Source of the DNA: Flavobacteriaceae bacterium
Lineage (GTDB): Bacteria; Bacteroidota; Bacteroidia; Flavobacteriales; Flavobacteriaceae
Length of the DNA stretch: 32,639 nucleotides
NCBI GenBank assembly: GCA_002711185.1
Contig: PAHL01000012.1
Location: forward strand, 20,930-53,568
Reading direction: 5' to 3'
Shown here: positions 27,031 to 32,639 of the stretch, piece after piece
Position numbering within the stretch: position 1 is the first letter of the stretch
Layout of the letters: each line of letters starts with the position of its first letter
Program-made: the position numbers and the translations under genes
The notes under the pieces: generated by a model
Seen by the model: the letters and a program-made list of their open reading frames with translations, nothing else
Database searches by the model: none
What the model was told of the DNA's origin: nothing

Positions 27031-28280
27031 ACAGATGAAGATATAGCCTGAGATAATCTTTTGTATATACCCTTTTCTAATTTTTCCCTAATATTAGAAA
27101 AAGCTTGTAGTGTAATTGAAACATCTTCAAGTGTATGAGATGCTGTTGGGATTAATCTTAATAAAATAAGACCTTTTGGAATCACAGGATATACAACAAT
27201 CGAACAAAATATAGAATAATTCTCTCTTAAATCTTTAACTAAAACCATTGCTTCTGGTATACTGCCTTTTAGATATACTGGGGTGACACAGCTTTGAGTA
27301 GATCCAATATCAAAGCCACTATTTTTTAATCCATTTTGTAAAGCATTCACATTCTTCCATAAGTTATTTTTGAACTCTGGTCTTGATCTTAGCATATCAA
27401 GTCTTTTTAGAGCACCTTTGACTAATACCATTTGAAGAGATTTTGCAAACATTTGAGACCTCATGTTATATTTTAAGAAATCAATTATCTCTTTATCTGC
27501 AGCAACAAATGCACCAGTTGATGCCATTGATTTTGCGAAAGTTGCAAAATATACATCGATTTTATCCTGAACACCTTGTTCTTTTCCAGCACCAGAACCA
27601 TTTTTTCCAAGTGTTCCAAACCCATGAGCATCATCAACTAAGAATCTGAAATTATATTTACTCTTTAAATTTGATATTTCTTTTAATTTGCCTTGTTCAC
27701 CTCTCATTCCAAAAACTCCTTCTGAAATTACAAGAATACCACCTCCAGTTTGAGTTGCAATTTTAGTGGCTCTTATCAAATTTTTTTCTAAACTTTCTAT
27801 ATCGTTATGTTGATAAGTATACCTTTTTCCATGATGGAGTCTAACACCGTCAATAATACAGGCGTGGGAATCAACATCATAAACAATAACATCATCCTTA
27901 TTAACTAAACTGTCAATTGTTGATAAAATTCCTTGATAACCAAAGTTTAATAAATAGGCTGATTCCTTTTCAACAAATTGTGCAAGCTCTAGCTCTAATT
28001 GCTCGTGAGCTTCTGTATGTCCTGACATCATTCTTGCTCCCATTGGATATGCAGAACCATATTCTAATGCAGCTTCAGCATCAACTTTTCTTATTTCAGG
28101 ATGATTTGCTAAACCTAAATAATCATTAATACTCCATGTAATTACTTCTTTTCCATTAAATTTCATTCTGTTTCCAATTGGGCCATCTAATTTTGGGAAA
28201 ACAAAATAACCTTCAGCATGTTTAGCCCACTTGCCTAAAGGACCTTTGTTTTGCTGAATTCTATAAAATAAATCTTTCAT
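27027..28280 (-). CDS. Alpha-oxoamine synthase family PLP enzyme (SPT / cysteate-fatty-acyltransferase / Kbl-like); candidate CapB
   Basis: 417 aa from the ATG at 28280; the track uses the TTG at 28295. Motifs are WSINDYLGLANHPE, DDAHGFGTLGKNGSG and the PLP-lysine context ATFAKSMAS. There is an N-terminal extension GPLGKWAKHAEGYFVFPKLDGPIGNRMKF. Confidence 0.85.
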   Translation of the reverse strand: MKDLFYRIQQNKGPLGKWAKHAEGYFVFPKLDGPIGNRMKFNGKEVITWSINDYLGLANHPEIRKVDAEAALEYGSAYPMGARMMSGHTEAHEQLELELAQFVEKESAYLLNFGYQGILSTIDSLVNKDDVIVYDVDSHACIIDGVRLHHGKRYTYQHNDIESLEKNLIRATKIATQTGGGILVISEGVFGMRGEQGKLKEISNLKSKYNFRFLVDDAHGFGTLGKNGSGAGKEQGVQDKIDVYFATFAKSMASTGAFVAADKEIIDFLKYNMRSQMFAKSLQMVLVKGALKRLDMLRSRPEFKNNLWKNVNALQNGLKNSGFDIGSTQSCVTPVYLKGSIPEAMVLVKDLRENYSIFCSIVVYPVIPKGLILLRLIPTASHTLEDVSITLQAFSNIREKLEKGIYKRLSQAISSSV

Positions 28281-28297
28281 ATTTAAAAAATTCAAAA

Positions 28298-29323
28298 TTA
28301 AACATATTCAATTTGATGAACAATATTCTTTTCTTTTTTATTCATAAAACCCTGTTTAATCATCCATTCATTGCTATATATTTTACTCATATAACGTGAT
28401 CCGTGATCGGGAAATATCAATACAACATTACAACTTTTATTAAAATATTTTTTGTTTTGAAGTTGTATTAATGCCTGATAAACTGCACCTGATGTATATC
28501 CAACAAAAATTCCTTCATTTTTTGTAACTAATCTAGCTGAATTAGCACTGGATTTATCAGTGACTTTTATAAATCTATCGATTACCGAAAAATCGGTGGC
28601 TGAAGGGATTAAATTTTTTCCTAAACCTTCAATTTTGTATGGATAAATTTCATTTTTATCTAATTTTCCCGTTTCATGGTACTTTTTTAATGCAGATCCA
28701 TAAGCATCAACACCAATAACTTTAATATCAGCATTCTTTTCTTTTAAAAACTTTGCCGAACCTGTAAGAGTCCCTCCTGTTCCACTTGAACCTATTAAAT
28801 GAGTAATAGTTCCATCTGTTTGATTCCATATTTCTGGTCCAGTGGTTTTATAATGTGCTATTCTATTCAAATCATTAAAATATTGATTTACGTATAATGA
28901 ATTTGGAGTTTCTAAATTAATTTTTTTTGCAACTTCATAGTACGATCTTGGATCTTCTGGAGAAACATTTGAAGGGCAAACATATACTTTTGCTCCCATA
29001 GATTGAAGCATATTTATTTTATCTTTAGATGACTTAGAGCTTACTGCCAGAATACAATTATATCCTCTAACTAGTGAAACCATCGCAAGACTAAATCCAG
29101 TATTACCTGAGGTTGTCTCAATAATAGTACTTCCTGATTTAATTAATCCTTGTTTTTCTGCTTCATTGATTATATGTAGTGCAATTCTATCTTTATTTGA
29201 ATGACCAGGATTATAACCTTCCCATTTAGCATAATAATTTCCTGGAAAATTAGAAACGCTTTTATTCAGTTTGATTAAAGGTGTATTTCCAACCAATTCA
29301 AGAATATTATTGTGTATAATCAA
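28298..29323 (-). CDS. Fold-type II PLP beta-replacement enzyme, cystathionine-beta-synthase-like (cysteine synthase family); candidate CapA cysteate synthase
   Basis: 341 aa. Motifs are GNTPLIKL, the PLP lysine in [26 protein letters not shown] and [10 protein letters not shown]. It is longer than a typical CysK and ends 17 nt upstream of the AOS gene. Confidence 0.85.
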   Translation of the reverse strand: MIIHNNILELVGNTPLIKLNKSVSNFPGNYYAKWEGYNPGHSNKDRIALHIINEAEKQGLIKSGSTIIETTSGNTGFSLAMVSLVRGYNCILAVSSKSSKDKINMLQSMGAKVYVCPSNVSPEDPRSYYEVAKKINLETPNSLYVNQYFNDLNRIAHYKTTGPEIWNQTDGTITHLIGSSGTGGTLTGSAKFLKEKNADIKVIGVDAYGSALKKYHETGKLDKNEIYPYKIEGLGKNLIPSATDFSVIDRFIKVTDKSSANSARLVTKNEGIFVGYTSGAVYQALIQLQNKKYFNKSCNVVLIFPDHGSRYMSKIYSNEWMIKQGFMNKKEKNIVHQIEYV

Positions 29324-29352
29324 ACTTAAAAGCTTTTAAATATAATTGCTTG

Positions 29353-29360
29353 CAAATTTA
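29353..29360 (-). promoter_or_regulatory. -7 promoter box (TAAATTTG on the minus strand) for the CBS-like/AOS pair
   Basis: Plus-strand CAAATTTA lies 29 nt upstream of the ATG at 29323, inside the 48-nt gap after ptrB. Confidence 0.4.
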
Positions 29361-29371
29361 ATTAAAAATAG

Positions 29372-31438
29372 TTAATCACTTTGGTTTTCAATTTGTAGTA
29401 AAAATGCATATTTTTTTGCCACCTCTTTAATAGCATTATACCTTCCTGAAGGACCTCCATGACCAGTTTTCATATCTGTTACTAAATAGATTAAGTTAGA
29501 ATTAGTTTTTAATTCTCGAATTTTGGCAACCCATTTAGCTGGTTCCCAGTATTGAACTTGTGAGTCATGAATACCCGTTGTAACTAACATATTTGGATAA
29601 TCTTGTTCATTAACCTGATCGTAAGGTGAATAGGAATTTATATAGTTGTAAAATTCCAAAATATTTGGGTTTCCCCATTCATCATATTCTCCAGTGGTTA
29701 AAGGAATACTTTCATCCAACATTGTATTAACAACATCAACAAATGGAACATCCGCAATTATTCCGTTATAGAGATTACTATTTTTATTTATAATGACACC
29801 CATTAAGAGTCCTCCTGCAGATCCTCCATAAGCATAAAGGTGTTTAGATGATGTGTATCCTTCTCCTATTAAGAAATAAGAACATGAAATAAAATCTTCA
29901 AAAGTATTTTTTTTATTCAGTAATTTTCCTTCTTCATACCAAGTACGTCCTAAATAATCACCACCTCTTACATGACAAATTGCATAAATAAAACCTCTAT
30001 CTAGTAAACTTATTAAAGAAGTTGAGAATGATGGGTCTATAGTATATCCATAAGATCCGTAAGCATATTGTAACAATGGTGTTGAGGGTGAAATTTTAGT
30101 TTTTTTGTTGTGAACAATTGAGATAGGGATTTTAGTACCATCATTGGCTTTTGCCCATATTCTTTTTTCAATATAATTACTTGATTTGAAATTCTTATCC
30201 TTAACTAGCTGAGTTTTTAATATTTTTATTTTTTTTGATTTCATATCAAACTCAATAACGGAATTTGGTGTTGATAGTGAATTATATTTGTATCTTATTT
30301 TATGTGTTTGAAAATTAGGATTATATAAAGAATAAATATTATAAGTTTCACCTTTAACTGGAACATAATAACTTCTTTTATTTCTCCATGAATGAATAAC
30401 TAATTTATTTAAGCCATTTGATCTTTCCAATGTGACCCAATAATTTTCAAATAAATCTAATTCTTGCAGTAACACATCATCTCTATGATCTAAAAAATTA
30501 GTCCAATTATTTAACGTAGTTTTTCTTTCTGGGGTTTTAACTAATTTATAGTTAAAAGAATTACCATGATTTGTAATTATAAAAAAAAACTTATCATAAT
30601 GATAAACATCATATTCAAGACCAGTAATTCTTTTTTGAATTAATTTAAATTTTTGTTTGGGAAAATCTGAGTTTAAATATTGATACTCAGTAGTTTTTGT
30701 GCTATGTGATGAAATGAAAATATATTTATTCGATTTTGATTTACTTATACTAACAGAAAATGTATCATCAATTTCAAAATAAATTAAATTATCCTTTTTA
30801 TTAATATTTTTTATGTCAAGGAGGTAAACAGAATCTGATCTTAATGTGAGCTCATCCTTTTTTACATAATATAAATGTTGACTATCATTAGCCCATACTG
30901 ATAAACCATTTGTATTTGAAATATTTGTTTTTAAAATTGAATTATCCAATAAATCTTTGATATAAAGTTTATATTTTCTTCTAGATTTAGTATCGACAGA
31001 AAATGCCATTTTAGTATTATCAGGACTAACATTAATTCCTTTTAAATTAAAATAATCATAACCTTTAGATAATTTATTTACATCAATTAAAAGTTCTTCT
31101 TTTGATGATAAATACTTGTGTTTTCTGACATAAATTGGATAAGGTTTACCAAATTCAAATTTAGTAATGTACCAATAATCATTATGAAAATAAGGAACAG
31201 ATGAATCATCCTCATTGATCCTAGATTTAATTTCCAAAAATAATTTCTTTTCGATTGATTTAAAAGGTTTAGTTGATTTATCATAATATTCATTTTCACT
31301 TTCTAAATAATCTAGAACATCGGGGTCATTAATATCTCTTAACCAATGATAATTATCAATTCTTAAATTATCATGAATAATGCTTTTGAAGGGTACTTTT
31401 TTTGGTGAAGGAGGGATTATTATTTTATTTTTTTTCAT
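29372..31438 (-). CDS. ptrB: Oligopeptidase B / prolyl oligopeptidase family S9A serine peptidase
   Basis: 688 aa. The N-terminus has HDNLRIDNYHWLRD. The catalytic serine context is YGGSAGGLLMG, and the histidine context is TGHGGPSGRY. Confidence 0.88.
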   Translation of the reverse strand: MKKNKIIIPPSPKKVPFKSIIHDNLRIDNYHWLRDINDPDVLDYLESENEYYDKSTKPFKSIEKKLFLEIKSRINEDDSSVPYFHNDYWYITKFEFGKPYPIYVRKHKYLSSKEELLIDVNKLSKGYDYFNLKGINVSPDNTKMAFSVDTKSRRKYKLYIKDLLDNSILKTNISNTNGLSVWANDSQHLYYVKKDELTLRSDSVYLLDIKNINKKDNLIYFEIDDTFSVSISKSKSNKYIFISSHSTKTTEYQYLNSDFPKQKFKLIQKRITGLEYDVYHYDKFFFIITNHGNSFNYKLVKTPERKTTLNNWTNFLDHRDDVLLQELDLFENYWVTLERSNGLNKLVIHSWRNKRSYYVPVKGETYNIYSLYNPNFQTHKIRYKYNSLSTPNSVIEFDMKSKKIKILKTQLVKDKNFKSSNYIEKRIWAKANDGTKIPISIVHNKKTKISPSTPLLQYAYGSYGYTIDPSFSTSLISLLDRGFIYAICHVRGGDYLGRTWYEEGKLLNKKNTFEDFISCSYFLIGEGYTSSKHLYAYGGSAGGLLMGVIINKNSNLYNGIIADVPFVDVVNTMLDESIPLTTGEYDEWGNPNILEFYNYINSYSPYDQVNEQDYPNMLVTTGIHDSQVQYWEPAKWVAKIRELKTNSNLIYLVTDMKTGHGGPSGRYNAIKEVAKKYAFLLQIENQSD

Positions 31439-31507
31439 CTATTTAATAGAAATATTCATATACTATTTTAAACTAAATTAAAAATCAATATTTTTAATAT
31501 TTAAGAT

Positions 31508-32533
31508 CTATATCTTTAAATTTTTTAAAATATTAATTGTGAACTCATGCTGATTTTGGGTGTAATCTCTATGAGTAACAATTCTTATCTTACCTCTACC
31601 CAACTTAATTAATCTTATATTATTATCTAAAAGTAATTCAATAAACTTATCCTCATTATAAATTGACTTCAAAGAAAAAATTATAATATTTGTAGAGACA
31701 GGCTCAACTTTATCTACATATTCCATTTCATTTAGAATACTTTCTAATTCTTTTGCTTTTATATGATCATTAATTAAATCATTTATATTATTGTCAATTG
31801 CATAATCAGCTGCTGCAGCGATATATCCAACTTGTCTCATTCCTCCACCGAGGACTTTTCTGTATCTTACAGCTTCTTTATTTAATTCTTTACTTGAAAG
31901 GAGCATTGATCCAACAGGACATCCAAGCCCTTTGCTAAAACAAACAGAAATCGTATCAAATAATCTACCATATTGATTAGGATTAGTATTTGTAGCAACC
32001 ATTGCATTCCATATTCTAGCCCCATCGAGATGAGTTGAAATATTTTTTTCCTTGCATAGTTTACTTATTGATTTAAGAGAATCTAATTCATAGCATGAAC
32101 CACCACCTTTATTTGAAGTATTTTCAATAGAAACTAAAGATGTAGGTGGACTATGGTAAAAATCAGGAGGATTTATAGCCTCATCTACTAGATCTTTATC
32201 AATTAATCCGTTTATTCCTTTAACTAGTCTACACGACACACCAGAATTAAAACTAACACCCCCACCTTCATAATGGTAAATATGTGATAATTCATCACAG
32301 ATTAATTGATCTCCAGGCTTTGTGTGGATTTTGATAGCAACTTGGTTAGACATTGTTCCTGACGGAAAAAAAAGACCAGATTCTTTTCCAAACATTTTTG
32401 CCACCTTATCCTCAAGTCTGTTTAATGTTGGGTCTTCTTTAAAAACATCATCTCCGACCTCTGCATTCAACATTGCTTCAAGCATCTCTTTAGATGGAAT
32501 TGTAAAAGTATCACTTATCAAATTTATATTCAT
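31508..32533 (-). CDS. ltaE: Low-specificity L-threonine aldolase
   Basis: 341 aa. LISDTFTIPSKEMLEAMLNAEVGDDVFKEDPTLNRLE, with the PLP-lysine context CFSKGLGCPVGS. Confidence 0.9.
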   Translation of the reverse strand: MNINLISDTFTIPSKEMLEAMLNAEVGDDVFKEDPTLNRLEDKVAKMFGKESGLFFPSGTMSNQVAIKIHTKPGDQLICDELSHIYHYEGGGVSFNSGVSCRLVKGINGLIDKDLVDEAINPPDFYHSPPTSLVSIENTSNKGGGSCYELDSLKSISKLCKEKNISTHLDGARIWNAMVATNTNPNQYGRLFDTISVCFSKGLGCPVGSMLLSSKELNKEAVRYRKVLGGGMRQVGYIAAAADYAIDNNINDLINDHIKAKELESILNEMEYVDKVEPVSTNIIIFSLKSIYNEDKFIELLLDNNIRLIKLGRGKIRIVTHRDYTQNQHEFTINILKNLKI

Positions 32534-32639
32534 TAAAAATCACATTTTATAGAACCAATTGGGGATCCATCAGGTATTTTATTTGTTTTAAGAGGTCTAA
32601 TCATAATTGGTTTAGATATAAAATTATCTATTTGGCTTT
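32533..32639 (-). CDS. 3' end (34 codons plus stop) of an unidentified gene entering from beyond the window
   Basis: Not in the ORF track. The minus-strand frame reads ...SQIDNFISKPIMIRPLKTNKIPDGSPIGSIKCDF*. Its TAA shares one base with the ltaE ATG (TAATG). I cannot assign a family. Confidence 0.5.
   Translation of the reverse strand, partial: SQIDNFISKPIMIRPLKTNKIPDGSPIGSIKCDF

Noticed and set aside
27027-28295. Annotating the AOS-family gene simply as bioF (8-amino-7-oxononanoate synthase) or kbl, and using the TTG at 28295 as its start.
   Set aside because: No bio or tdh neighbours are present, and the gene is tightly linked to a CBS-like gene instead. The ATG at 28280 gives MKDLFYRIQQNKGPLG, and the TTG extension adds only 5 residues. 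The precise substrate remains undetermined, so I keep a family-level call.
1-32639. A search for mobile elements, a defence island, CRISPR, toxin-antitoxin pairs, tRNA/tmRNA genes and long direct or inverted repeats.
   Set aside because: None found by eye. There are no integrase, transposase or recombinase motifs. The only G+C-rich RNA-like island is ffs, and there are no spaced repeat arrays. The window reads as core chromosome, so I do not claim a novel multi-gene system here.

Overview
This is a strongly A+T-rich, very tightly packed chromosomal segment. I count 29 protein-coding genes, two of them truncated at the window edges, and one small RNA gene. Gene content, the recurring TAnnTTTG '-7' promoter box 16-60 nt upstream of start codons, and the absence of Shine-Dalgarno sequences all point to a streamlined Bacteroidota (Flavobacteriia-like) genome. 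That assignment is an inference.

Content is almost entirely housekeeping:
- DNA repair and replication: UvrD-like helicase, recG, dnaN, a DnaQ-exonuclease/GIY-YIG fusion.
- Translation: pheT, smpB, miaA, an ABC-F ATPase, SRP RNA.
- One-carbon, amino-acid and purine metabolism: glyA, ltaE, purC, tal, yggS.
- A few transporters, a channel and lipoproteins.

I see no transposase, integrase, tRNA, CRISPR array, long repeat or recognisable defence or toxin module, so I do not think this is an accessory island.

The ORF track misses three things:
- The edge-truncated UvrD-like gene at 1..1386 (-).
- A 3' gene fragment at 32533..32639 (-).
- A G+C-rich island at 13509..13610, which I read as the SRP (4.5S/ffs) RNA on the minus strand.

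The observations most worth a second look are:
1. A CBS-like PLP enzyme plus alpha-oxoamine-synthase operon that fits the CapA/CapB sulfonolipid (capnine) pair.
2. An ABC-F protein in which one of the two composite ATP sites is coherently degenerate.
3. ffs ending 8 nt before the start codon of an SDR-transaldolase operon.
4. Five convergent gene pairs whose 3' ends physically overlap.

None of these is proven novel from sequence alone.
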